DNA of 64,000 nt from Orbicella franksi. Taxonomy: Eukaryota. The stretch is from NCBI GenBank assembly GCA_964199315.1, contig OZ116699.1, positions 16,306,001 through 16,370,000 on the forward strand. Reading direction: 5' to 3'. Under the pieces are notes generated by a model. It ran no database searches. It saw only the letters and a list, made by a program, of their open reading frames with translations, and was not told where the DNA came from. Below are positions 1 to 12,700 of the stretch, piece by piece (position 1 is the stretch's first letter; every line of letters starts with the position of its first letter). The position numbers were made by a program, and so were the translations under genes.

Positions 1-520
1 CAGGCGTTCTTTTATTCTAATCTTCCGCTGCCGCAAAGAAAATTGAAACGGCTGAATGTAAGTGTTTTGCGTCGTTCTGTGATTGGCTCAAAAGCCTCGC
101 ATGACACTCTTTGTAGCCAATCATTGAGGGGAAGCATGCTGTTTGTTTTTTGTTTGTTTTGGTCAGGCTGTTGATTAGGAGAAAACCGACATCAATCCTG
201 ATTGAATGAGATACAGAGATCAGGTTTTAGTAATCAGTGGAATCGTGATGAAAGCGAGTTATATACTGACAATATTCCCAGATTTTCATTGTTTGTATTT
301 GCGATTCATCTGTAAAATGATTGTTGTATTGTAATCTTTAAATTTGTAAATAAGTAAGAATCTCCAAAACATTGTGTGACGTTTGCGTGACACGTGCGTG
401 ACCCAGCATCTTTAGACAGTGCTACAAGGTAGTTATCAATCAATGTACGTGAATGTCATTACAGTCAAAGTCTTTGGCGAAGACGCTATGCCTTTACACT
501 GGCTTTTTTTTCTCCTAAAG

Positions 521-784
521 AGAAAATCCACAGCGTTCCTCACATATTTATCATATGGGAACAGGAAGAACCTGTCTATGCTGGTAGCAACCTTGAACTG
601 CACTGTATTGTGCTCACAAAGGATCCCGATACTAGATATCGTTGGTATTACCGTGATTCTGACGTCCTGGATGACAAGAAGTTAGGCACTCTCATAAACC
701 AGAGGCTGTACGAACTAACCCCGTTTCAAAACGTCGACCCTTGCCCAAAATGGAAGCTAAACCTGAAGTTGAAAAACGTGTCTG
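521..784 (+). pseudogene. Truncated D3 exon copy (3' end and donor lost at a rearrangement junction)
   Basis: Matches 33036-33320, then jumps at 785-789 into linker-intron sequence (equivalent to 31026); read-through ends KNVSEKYLA* at 801. Confidence 0.85.
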
Positions 785-3700
785 AAAAATATCTCGCATA
801 AGGAAAATTGCTGTGACCAGAATTTTGGCGAGAGTCTTTGCATATTTACCTTCTTTCATTTCCCAGATTCTGGACTTTATCTATTGACCGGTTTTGATTT
901 TTATTTTGATCTACTTTGAATTACGTGACACTGAAAACCAGCAATTGTTCATTGCTTTACCCCCTTCCCGTTCCTTCCAACAACAACAACAACAACTTTT
1001 ATTATGACTAGCATATTTACAATTTTACAGAGCAAGTAAAAATTATCAATCTATCAGTTATCCAATCTATCATCCCACCCTGTAATTTTTTTCCTTTCCC
1101 AAGAAGTTTGAGAAAATAGTTTTTGCGTAAACTTACTCTCTGAACAGGACCGTAGCTACTAACAGGGGGGAACCGAGGCACTTGCTTGGGTAAAAAAAAA
1201 TATGTATGTGTTCTAGGTTACTTTATGAGGCTAATGACCAAATGATGAGAACTCTTCCACGATAGTATTTGATGATTAGTATATCTAACACGCTCATTTT
1301 GTTTATTTTCTCTTTATTTAGACCCAACAGTTTCACCTACAAACATTACAGGAGGTACAGCTTATTATGACATCCTCAGATTTAATTACAAATCTTTTAT
1401 TTTCCATCACAGTCCAGTTGTTCGGAAGCCGATTAGCGCTAACCCAGGGTGACATGTTTATCTGGGTTTCTTTTTCCTTTGTTCAAAAGCATTTTTTCCG
1501 ATCATCAAATTCAAGACAAAGAATAAACTGAATTTGCTATTTAGGTCCTGAAGAAACAAGACGAAGGACTTTCTGAAAGTCTATAACTAGTTGTACTTGA
1601 TTAAACAGAAGGAATTCTAATAATATCGCTTCTTTTTGGAATCTACATGTGGTGTTCTCAAAGAGTGGGAGAAATGCGTTATTCCCAAATGTGATTTAAG
1701 CATACATTTTGTTGCACATGTCCTGAATGTCCCGTATTACCAGCATCTGTGATGACTTTCAACATAAAATGAAAACCGCTCTAAGTAAGAAATCTACTCT
1801 GTTCTATGCTTCTGTGAAGTTACAAACGCTGTTTAATTGTCAACTTTACAGAAAAGCCACAATTCCTTTATCCAACGAAAATGGAGGCGATAAAATCGGC
1901 TTATAAGGAAGGCGACAAGTTTACACTGACGTGCGAAGCCAAAGGTGTCCCAGCTCCGGTGGTCACGTGGTACAAGGATGACAAGGTGTTTCAAGGAAGA
2001 CACAGAGCTGGCGAGTTTATAGCAACAGGGCAACACGACTACATTATTAACTTCTTTGGAGTGGATATCGCTGATGAGGGGAATTACACATGCATCGTAT
2101 CGAACATGTATGGCCGATTAACATATTCGTACAACTTTGACGTAATTGGTAAGTAGCACGGAACGTTGTTCTCTTTTCACTTTATAGAAGCGCAGTTTAA
2201 AAAATTCACTGTGTAGAAGAAATCATGTAACCTGCGACCAGGCGTTCTTTTATTCTAATCTTCCGCTGTCGCGAAGAAAATTGAAACGCCTTAACGTAAG
2301 TGTTTTGCGTCGTTCTGTGATTGGCTCAAAAGCCTCGCATGACACTCTTTGTAGCCAATCATTGAGGGGAAGCGTGCTGTTTGTTTTTTGTTTGTTTTGG
2401 TCAGGCTGTTGATTAGGAGAAAACCAACATCAATCCTGATTGAATGAGACGTTAGCACGTTTTTCCGCATTAGCCTTTGTTGCCCACTACAGAGATCAGG
2501 TTTTAGTAATAAGTGGAATCATGATGAAAGCGAGTTATATACTGACAATATTCCCAGATTTTCATTGTTTGTATTTGCGATTCATCTGTAAAATGATTGT
2601 TGTATTGTAATCTTTAAATTTGTAAATAAGTAAGAATCTCCAAAACATTGTGTGACGTATGCGTGACACGTGCGTGACCCAGCACCTTTAGACAGTGCTA
2701 CAAGGTAGTTATCAATCAATGTACGTGAATGTCATTACAGTCGAAGTCTTTGGCGAAGAAGCTATGCCTTTACACTGGCTTTTTTTTCTCCTAAAGAGAA
2801 AATCCGCAGCGTTCCTCACATATTTATCATATGGGAACAGGAAGGACCTGTCTATGCTGGTAGCAACCTTGAACTGCACTGTATTGTGCTCACAAAGGAT
2901 CCCGATACTAGATATCGTTGGTATTACCGTGATTCTGACGTCCTGGATGACAAGAAGTTAGGCACTCTCATAAACCAGAGGCTGTACGAACTAACGCAGT
3001 TTCAAATCGTCGACTCTTGGCCAAAATGGAAGCTAAAACTGAAGTTGAAAAACGTGTCTGCGGCTGATTCCGGACATTATGCATGTCAAGCTGAAAACGT
3101 TGTTGGTAATGATACACGGCTCACCTACCTTAATGTCACAATCAGACCCATTACCCCGTCAGCAACAGGTATGTAAAGGAAAGTGTTTGACTGACGAGAA
3201 TAAGCAATACTTTAGCCATACTGCTCTACCGTAAGACCTCCTCCACGCAGTCCAATAGAAATCAATGCCAGCGGCTAACCTGTGAAATGGCGGACAGGTT
3301 GAGATGAACCGACCACGAAAACGCTGGCCGATCTCAGTACTTCAATAACTCATTAAGCGTGCGCAATTTACAACATTCACCAAGAGATTTTCCAAACTGT
3401 TCAAATAGAATTCTTATTTGTTGAGTAAGGTCGGACTGAACTAAGAAATATTTGAGTCGATGACATTTCCCACCGACTTTGCAACCAAATATCCATCCAA
3501 CCAAATGTTTTTTCTTCTGGACTTAGCACTAAGTCAATAAGCTAGGGTTTAGGAAAACCCCTCCTTACGAGCACCTTAAGAAAGCTCAGTCGTTGACTTT
3601 ACGTAAGTATTCTTGCGGATAAAGGACTGAGCAACAGTTGCCAGGAGGGGGGCTGTAAAACCAGAAAGGGGGGCACACCAAGTAAACTCACACCCTAAGG

Positions 3701-6700
3701 GAAAGGGGAGTAACGGTTACATGTAAACGTCTCTTTGAAAAGCCGGGTGGTGGTATCTCATCTTCTTACGGGCAAGGTGACTTAAAGATTCGAATACCAC
3801 TTATGTCTGACTAACAATGATACTCATTTATTTCTTAAACTGTCTATAAAAGACAGGAATTTCACCGAGCTAAAATGCACTCCGGTTAGCCTAAACACCA
3901 CTTTGGTTAGCCTAACCAACACCACAGCTAGCCTATATGGCAACATTGTTTGCCGGAGAAGCGCTCTGGTTAGCCTCCAGTGGCTTTGAGTCAGCGTTAG
4001 CTAAAATTAGACCTTACTTGGGAATGGTTACTTATAGGTCTTTGATAGGGTTGCAGTTCCTGTATTTAGCTGCATGTTTAACTGAATGTATTTAGCGGCC
4101 AGTTTTTCATGACGTTTTTGTCGACTAGTTTCCTATACAATTTATTGAAGATTGTCAGAATTGCGATGATTAGGGACACGAGAGCAGTGTAAGGGGATCT
4201 GCAGGATTTAGCAGATTGAATGATGATCGATGCATTCATTGATTGATTGATTGATTTTGCTAACTGGCTGATGATTGGTTAATTGAATGATTGATGATTA
4301 ATTGATTGATTGATTGTGCACAAAATGCTGTTCCGAGAATTTTTGCTTTTTTAACATACCAAACCTACCAATACTCGAACGCACCCTTTAATCTACGATT
4401 ACTACTAGTTTACCGAAATATTCCGTTTGGATGAAATTTTCCCAAAATGTCACATGGCTACCAAAGGATGAAGAAACCCGTTCATCTATTAGTAAATGTC
4501 AATATCAGCTTCCATTTTTAAGAAAACGGCGTCATTTCTCTGCTGACAGTTCAATTTTGACCTGTTCTCAACTGTATTAGGTAACCCGGACAATCAATTG
4601 GTCTGTTTTGTACGTCTCGTATCAGACGAATAATGATATGTCTGTTTGATGCGTCATCCAGATACACTAAGTTGTTAAGTCGTCTGCCGTCGACTTGTTT
4701 TCAATATCATGTATAAAGTTAAAGTCTGTGTATAAGTCAAGTGGCTTATCAGGCCGGATCTTATCCCGGTTAATCCTGTAGCATGAAACGACTTGAAGTA
4801 TTTCTACTCCCCCCTGGATGAGATGTTAGTCTATCGCAGGGTTACCCCCAGCATTAAATTCGCCCGTACCCATTTATACACCAGGGTGGAGAGAGGCACT
4901 GTGAAAGTGAAGTGTCTTGCCCCATAACACAACACGATGTCCCCAGCCAGTATGACGTGTAGCAAGACTTATTTTAAATCTTCTTGCCTTGATTTCCAGT
5001 TCCTCCTCAAGTGAAAAATTCTTCTACTCCAAGGGTCGTCAAACCCGTTGGTGAAGAAGAAGTCAAACTGGTCTGTAACGTGAGAGATGCTCAGAACTAC
5101 ACGTGGTATAAAAACGGTAAAGCCATTCTTCAACCGTCCGGACGTTACACAGTAAGGAGTAACAGATTTCTACGAATAACCGACCGCGTTCAAAAATCCG
5201 ACAGTGGAGTGTTTGTTTGCGTGGCAGCAAACAGTTATGGAAGTGCAAACTGCACCATAAGATTGATAGTTGAAGGTATAACTTTTTTTTTATCTAAGTG
5301 GCCGCAAACTTATTTAATAAAGGTATTTATACCATGCCATAAAAAAATATAACCAATCAGAGTGCAGGAAAGCAGTTGTATACTCGACGGTATTGCGCCC
5401 AACCTTCCCATCGTGCGTCGCGCGTATATCGCATGTGTTGTGCTGGTCACTGTATTTTTCCATGGCATGGTAAACCGTATAAAACAGTTATGCAGTGATT
5501 TCTCGTGGCCCACCATGGAACATCCAACTTGTTCCCAATATTTTCTTGGTATACACACTCACTTAAAGGCTCGTGTGAGAAAATACAAGTGACCCATGGC
5601 ATATTTCATGCTATACTACTCAAAAGTGTTGCATAACTAGTATGAACTGGCGTTACATTGTTTCTATTTTTAAGCATACAAAGTCTCCATACAAATCTCT
5701 ATAAATTTGGGTAAAAAATTTCTCCGCATATCTCGCATAAGAAAAATTGCTGTGACCAGAATTTTGGCGAGAGTCTTTACATATTTACCTTCTTTCATTT
5801 CCCAGATTCTGGACTTTATCTATTGACCGGTTTTGATTTTTATTTTGATCTACTTTGAATTACGTGACACTGAAAACCAGCAATTGTTCATTGCTTTACC
5901 CCCCTCCCGTTCCTTCCAACAACAACAACAACAACTTTTATTATGACTAGCATATTTACAATTTTACAGAGCAAGTAAAAATTATCAATCTATCAGTTAT
6001 CCAATCTATCATTCCGCCCTGTAATTTTTTTCCTTTCCCAAGAAGTTTGAGAAAATAGTTTTTGCGTAAACTTACTCTCTGAACAGGACCGTAGTTACTA
6101 ACAGGGGGGAACCGAGGCACTTGCTTGGGTAAAGAAAAATATGTATGTGTTCTAGGTTTCTTTAGGAGGCTAATGACCAAATGACGAGAACTCTTCCACG
6201 ATAGTATTTGATGATTAGTATATCTAACACGCTCATTTTGTTTATTTTCTCTTTATTTAGACCCAACAGTTTCACCTACAAACATTACAGGAGGTACAGC
6301 TTATTATTACATCCTCAGATTTAATTACAAATCTTTTATTTTCCATCACAGTCCAGTTGTTCGGAAGCCGATTAGCGCTAACCCAGGGTAACATGTTTAT
6401 CCGGGTTTCTTTTTCCTTTGTTCAAAAGCATTTTCTCCGATCATCAAATTGAAGACAAAGAATAAACTGAATTTGCTATTTAGGTCATGAATAAACAAGA
6501 CGAAGGACTTTCCTAAAGTCTATAACTAGTTGTACTTGATTAAACAGAAGGAATTCTAATAATATCGCTTCTTTTTGGAATCTACATGTGGTGTTCTCAA
6601 AGAGTGGGAGAAATGCGTTATTCCCAAATGTGAGTTAAGCATACATTTTGTTGCACATGTCCTGAATGTCCCGTATTACCAGCATCTGTGATGACTTTCA

Positions 6701-9700
6701 ACATAAAATGAAAACCGCTCTAAGTAAGAAATCTACTCTGTTCTATGCTTCTGTGAAGTTACAAACGCTGTTTAATTGTCAACTTTACAGAAAAGCCACA
6801 ATTCCTCTATCCAACGAAAATGGAGGCGATAAAATCGGCTTATAAGAAAGGCGACAAGTTTACACTGACGTGCGAGGCCAAAGGTGTCCCAGCTCCGGTA
6901 GTCACGTGGTACAAGGATGACAAGGTGTTTCAAGGAAGACACAGAGCCGGCGAGCCTATAGCAACAGGGCAATACGACTACATTATTAACTTCTTTGGAG
7001 TGGATATCGCTGATGAGGGGAATTACACATGCATCGTATCGAACATGTATGGCCGATTAACATATTCGTACAACTTTGACGTAATTGGTAAGTAGCACGG
7101 AACGTTGTTCTCTTTTCACTTTATAGACGCGCAGTTTAAAAAATTCACTGTATAGAAGAAATCATGTAACCTGCGACCAGGCGTTCTTTTATTCTAATCT
7201 TCCGCTGCCGCGAAGAAAATTGAAACGCCTTAACGTAAGTGTTTTGCGTCGTTCTGTGATTGGCTCAAAAGCCTCGCATGACACTCTTTGTAGCCAATCA
7301 TTGAGGGAAGCATGCTGTTTGTTTTTTGTTTGTTTTGGTCAGGCTGTTGATTAGGAGAAAACCAACATCAATCCTGATTGAATGAGACGTTAGCACGTTT
7401 TTCCGCGTTAGCCTTTGTTGCCCACTACAGAGATCAGGTTTTAGTAATCAGTGGAATCGTGATGAAAGCGAGTTATATACTGACAATATTCCCAGATTTT
7501 CATTGTTTGTATTTGCGATTCATCTGTAAAATGATTGTTGTATTGTAATCTTTAAATTTGTAAATAAGTAAGAATCTCCAAAACATTGTGTGACGTTTGC
7601 GTGACACGTGCGTGACCCAGCATCTTTAGACAGTGCTACAAGGTAGTTATCAACCAATGTACGTGAATGTCATTACAGTCGAAGTCTTTGGCGAAGAAGC
7701 TATGCCTTTACACTGCCTTTTTTTTCTCCTAAAGAGAAAATCCACAGCATTCCTCACATATTTATCATATGGGAACAGGAAGAACCTGTCTATGCTGGTA
7801 GCAACCTTGAACTGCACTGTATTGTGCTCACAAAGGATCCCGATACTGGATATCGTTGGTATTACCGTGATTCTGACGTCCTGGATGACAAGAAGTTAGG
7901 CACTCTCATAAACCAGAGCCTGTACGAACTAACGGAGCTTCAAATCGTCGACCAAAATGGCCAAAATGGCCAACGTTGGCCAATATGGAAGCTAAAACTG
8001 AAGTTGAAAAACGTGTCTGCGGCTGATTCCGGATAGTATGCATGTCAAGCTGAAAACGTTGTTGGTAATGATACAGGGCTCGCCTACCTTAATGTCACAA
8101 TCAGACCCATTACCCCGTCAGCAACAGGTATGTGGAGTAAAGTGTTTGACTGACGAGAATAAGCAATACTTTAGCCATACTGCTCTACCGTAAGATTTCC
8201 TTGACGCAGTCCAATAGAAATCAATGCCAGCGGCTAACCTGTGAAATGCCGGACAGGTTGAGATGAGCCGGTCACGAAAACGCTGGCCGATCTCAGTACG
8301 TCAATAACTCATTAAGTGTGCGCAATTTACAACATTCACCAAGAGAGTTTCCAAACTGTTCAAATAGAATTCTTATTTGTTGAGTAAGGTCGGACTGAAC
8401 TAAGAAATATTTGAGTCGATGACATTTCCCACCGACTTTGCAACCAAATGTCCATCCAACCAAATGTTTTTTCTTCTGGACTTAGCACTAAGTCAATAAG
8501 CTAGGGTTTAGGAAAACCCCTCCTTACGAGCACCTTAAGAAAGCTCAGTCGTTGACTTTACGTAAGTATTCTTGCGGATAAAGGACTGTGCAACAATTAC
8601 CAGGAGGGGGGCTGTAAAACCAGAAAAGGGGGACACACCAAGTAAACTCATATCCTAAGGGAAACGGCAGGTTTCTTTCACAGGTCACAGGTCACAGGTC
8701 ACAGGTCACAGGTCACAGGTCACAATCAAAACACTCAGTAAATTTCGCAATGTAACAATTACTGAGATTCCCGAGAGGTTTATCGATGTTTGCATGCAAC
8801 AAACCCTAACTAATAATGTTTTACTCTATAATTTTAATGAAAAAATATCTAGGGGTGGTATATATACGAAATGGGTTGAAATATAGCTTTCAAACATATA
8901 GTGTTAATATATTTTATCGTAATAAGATAATTCATTATGATAGCAAATTGAACTGTTTTATTTCTATATATATATTTTTTTAAATCTATACAACGAGTAT
9001 GTACTAAACAGAAACAAGAGGGTCCCCTATACCTACTCTGAAAACAATTTCACGCATAAGTAATCGGCCTTTTCACGCATCGCAAAAAATTCGAAAGCAG
9101 CTTCACGTTAACAGAAAAAATCACTTTTCACGTAAAAAGGCTAAATCATGTGTTACATAAAAATACAAATTCTATCCACGTTTCGCAAAACATACAGAAT
9201 CCTCCATTTTGATGCATGGAAATGCCGTGTGCATGTGTGACACATCGTGACAGACTAGATTCTAGGTCCTCCTGGTACACTGTCGCTGTGGTTAGTTCTC
9301 AGTCGCGTGGAATGGACAGGTTTTACATCTAGTTTGGTGTAGTTTACGAGCTTTAATGACGCTAAAATCTCCAAAAAAAGTGAACAATTATTCCCGCAAA
9401 AGTCGTTGGTTCACAAATCACGCGTAAGTAGATGCATAATTCACGGATCAGTGTAAGCGTCTTTCGTTTTCATATTATATTGAAAGGCTAAAAACAATTT
9501 ATGTTTTCAACAGTTATAAGTCTTAGCTTTCTTTGGATCAATTTTTTTTTTTTAATTTCAGTGCTACAAATGATTTCCCCTACGCGCTTTTTTTTTCAAG
9601 AAAGAGCTCTTATAGTTGCACTTGGGACGCACTTGTATGCATCTGTTTTATGATGTTTTTTTGTTGTTGTTGTTGTTTTCATTAAAATTATAAAGTAAAA

Positions 9701-12700
9701 CATTTTTAGTTAGGGTTTGTTGCATGGAAACATCGATAAACCTCTCGGGAATCTCAGTAATTGTTACATCGCGAAATCTACTCAGTGTTTTGATTGTGAC
9801 CTGTGACCTGTGACCTGTGACCTGTGACCTGTGACCTGTAAAAGAAACCTGCCATAAGGGAAAGGGGAGTAACGGTTACATGTAAACGTCTCTTTGAAAA
9901 GCAGGGTGGTGGTATCTCATTTTCTTATGGGCAAGGTGACTTAAAGATTCGAATACCACTTATGTCTGATTAACAGTGATACTCATTTATTTCTTGAACT
10001 TAGACCTTACTTGGGAATGGTTACTTGTAGGTCTTTGATAGGGTTACAGTTCCTGTATTTAGCTGCATGTTTAACTGAATGTATTTAGCAGCCAGTTTTT
10101 CATGACGTTTTTGTTGACTAGTTTCCTATACAATTTATTGAAGATTGTCAGAATTGCGATGATTAGGGACGCGAGAGCAGTGTAAGGGGATCTGCAGGAT
10201 TTAGCAGATTGATTGATGATCGATCCATTGATTGATTGATTGATTGATTTTGCTAACTGGCTGATGATTGGTTAATTGAATGATTGATGACTAATTGATT
10301 GATTGATTAGACTGACTAATGATTGATTGATTGTTTTGAATGACCTATTGCACAAATATGGGTTATTGGTTATTGACCAGGGGCGGGGCAGAAGACTCCT
10401 GAAATTTGCGTATCTGGATCATCCACCAAAAAGTGACGTCACATCCGGTTTAAACTGCGCCACGCAGCTCGTTTCACAAAGCAAAAAAATGGCGTTTCGA
10501 TTGGGGAAGTTTTTCCTCTATTTGCAAACCATCAGGTTCGTGTCCTTTCATACTGAGGATAGAAAGATGTTGTAGGCACATTTCTTTGACTTTTTAAGCA
10601 GAACTTTCGGCAAAAGAAAACAGTTTAGTATTGTTTTGAAGGAAAATAACGGAGAGCCTTCTGTCATCGAATGGCAGATTTTACACATTTGCAAAACTGG
10701 GGTTGTTCCGACTTTTGGTTCTTATTGTTCGTGACTCGGTGATAACACTAAGTGCAATGGCCTATAATGTTAACAACAACCTGGATGAAGCATTGCTGGC
10801 CATAGTTTGCACTGTGTACCATGGGAACATGTTTAACAGAAGCCGGTTTTTTCTAAAAGTGAACACAGTTGAAGCTCTGTATCCACGTGCGTGTGGTGGA
10901 AAATCGTCTACTCAAGGTTAGTATCCTATTTCCGTATCTCTTGCTGAATACTTTTTTCTCTGTAAGAAATAATCTATGTTGAGAGCTAGAGTTCATTGTA
11001 AATGCATACTTTGGGGATTACAGATTTCCCCGAAAAGATCAGCAAAGGGATGAAGCAGTCCAGATGAGTAGAACTTTCCTTCAGTCATCCAGTGGTTAAT
11101 TGTACATTCCTCTGTATTATCTCAACTGCAATGTCGGCCTGGGGATCAACTTCTTTGGGCAGTTCAAAAAGGGGGGGGGGGGGGGTTGGCCTGTTTAGGG
11201 TTAGCTCCCAATGGTATGGTATATCCTTACCTCTTAACTTAACCCCCACTTTTGACAGGTACCCACTTCTACTGTGACCCGGAGCAGGGGGGTTAAGATT
11301 ACTCCCTTTTATGCACTATATAGGTATGTGTGGCCCCAAAGGGTAGGGTTTTTCAGCCATTTTGGTCATAAATAGGGTATCGATTTTGGCCACTTTGGTC
11401 TTAAATAGGGTATGGGTTTTGTACTCTACTGTAGTCTTGAATTGGGTAATGTTGTTTAGAAGAAACTACTTTTTCATCATTATTGATAAGACCATAAACA
11501 AAAGGGCTTCAAAACTTATGTTTAGGGCAACTGTGTCAGTGGCAATGGTTGTAAATAGGTTGTCAAATTTTTGGTCTGGGCATAAATAGGATACAGAAAA
11601 TCTCAGATTTTGGTGATCAATAGAGTAAGGGTTTTGGGGTTTTTTTCTGGGAGTACCCCCTCCTCCCGGGTACTGTAAAGTGGTTCATAATTAAATGCTG
11701 GATAGAATTCAGATTTTATCTTGTAATTAGCTTGAACCTCTAAATTATTATCTATTATTATATGGCTTTGGCTTGTGGCCGATATAATGCGCGCTCTGAT
11801 TGGCTAGGAGCGAGATCTGAGCGGTCATTATGCAGCCGTAATGCCCACGGGCCGATTACGGATTATGCAAATTAGGAAGAGCCCAGTTCTGAAAATTCAA
11901 GCGCATTGAAGTGATGAAAGCCGATTAAAATCAGTACAAGAATGTCAGTAGCTAAAGGTTTAGAGATATTTCTTTAATAAAATTTATAGAGATGACTTAC
12001 CAGTCAGTAACCTTGGCAGGCACCAGTGAAAAACAATCAAAGTTTGCCTAGTCTTAAGTAAAGCTAAAATTGCTAAGTAAAAAACACGATCGGCAGATCT
12101 GCCATGCATCCTGAGCAGAACACCACAAAGAAACTTATAAGGTATCATCTTAGTCACAGCAATTACCGAAGTATTGAACTCCGTCAAAGTTCTCATCAAA
12201 TAGATTCCCTCGCTTTGACACAAGCAAGTGTAAATCAGCTTCCAGGATCATCAGATGTAAACAATCAGGCAGTTTCTGTCGGTAGCAGTGTTTCTGATAA
12301 CTGCAGACATTCACAAGGCTTGAAATGTTCATCCATAAATCCCAGAATCAAGAAGGCGAGGATATGTTGTCGAAAGCGAATGCAAAGATCGAGTTAAGCT
12401 TATTTTGAGCAGTGCATTCTGAAGCATTAGTATTTTCTTTCACCGAAAGACGGTTGGTTTGGACAATTTTGAAGCACTTGCTGTCTTTTCTATATGCGTT
12501 GACGTTTCACCCCAAAAGTCGGAAAAACTCCCCCATCAACTTGTGGTACCACAATACTAAAATACGTTTTTGAGGTTGTGACAGTGACTTTTCCGTAAAG
12601 AAATGAGTGTTTTTAATGGAATACGTAATACAGTGGTGAAGTTCACTGACTGTGTAGGTTTGCCCTAGGTTTGAGACGATGAATGAATCGGTAAACGCGC

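Larger units (their letters stand above)
1..10348 (+). repeat. Tandem segmental copies of the FGFR ectodomain cassette
   Basis: 1..784 = 32479..33320; 789..4317 = 31026..about 34630; 4318..10348 = 29616..34641 with a 1.19-kb insertion and a deletion of about 165 bp near 10007. Introns are included. Confidence 0.95.

Noticed and set aside
419-685. 88-aa ORFs MLQGSYQS... (also 2695 and 7633) and antisense ORFs over the D1/D2 exons
   Set aside because: These are alternative or antisense frames of real Ig exons that recur only because the DNA is duplicated; most have non-ATG starts.
3690-3820. Minus-strand ATAAGTGG...GAGATACCAC spacing reminiscent of an LSU rRNA helix
   Set aside because: Only two short words match and no flanking rRNA core sequence is present; more likely decayed retroelement or intron sequence.
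1-10348. Upstream Ig copies as extra exons of the kinase FGFR itself, or as a pure assembly artefact
   Set aside because: They lie 5' of the FGFR signal-peptide exon, with a stop-containing TM exon in between. Three distinct variants, specific junction signatures and a copy-specific transposon with a TSD argue against a simple haplotype mis-join, although reads are needed to exclude it fully.
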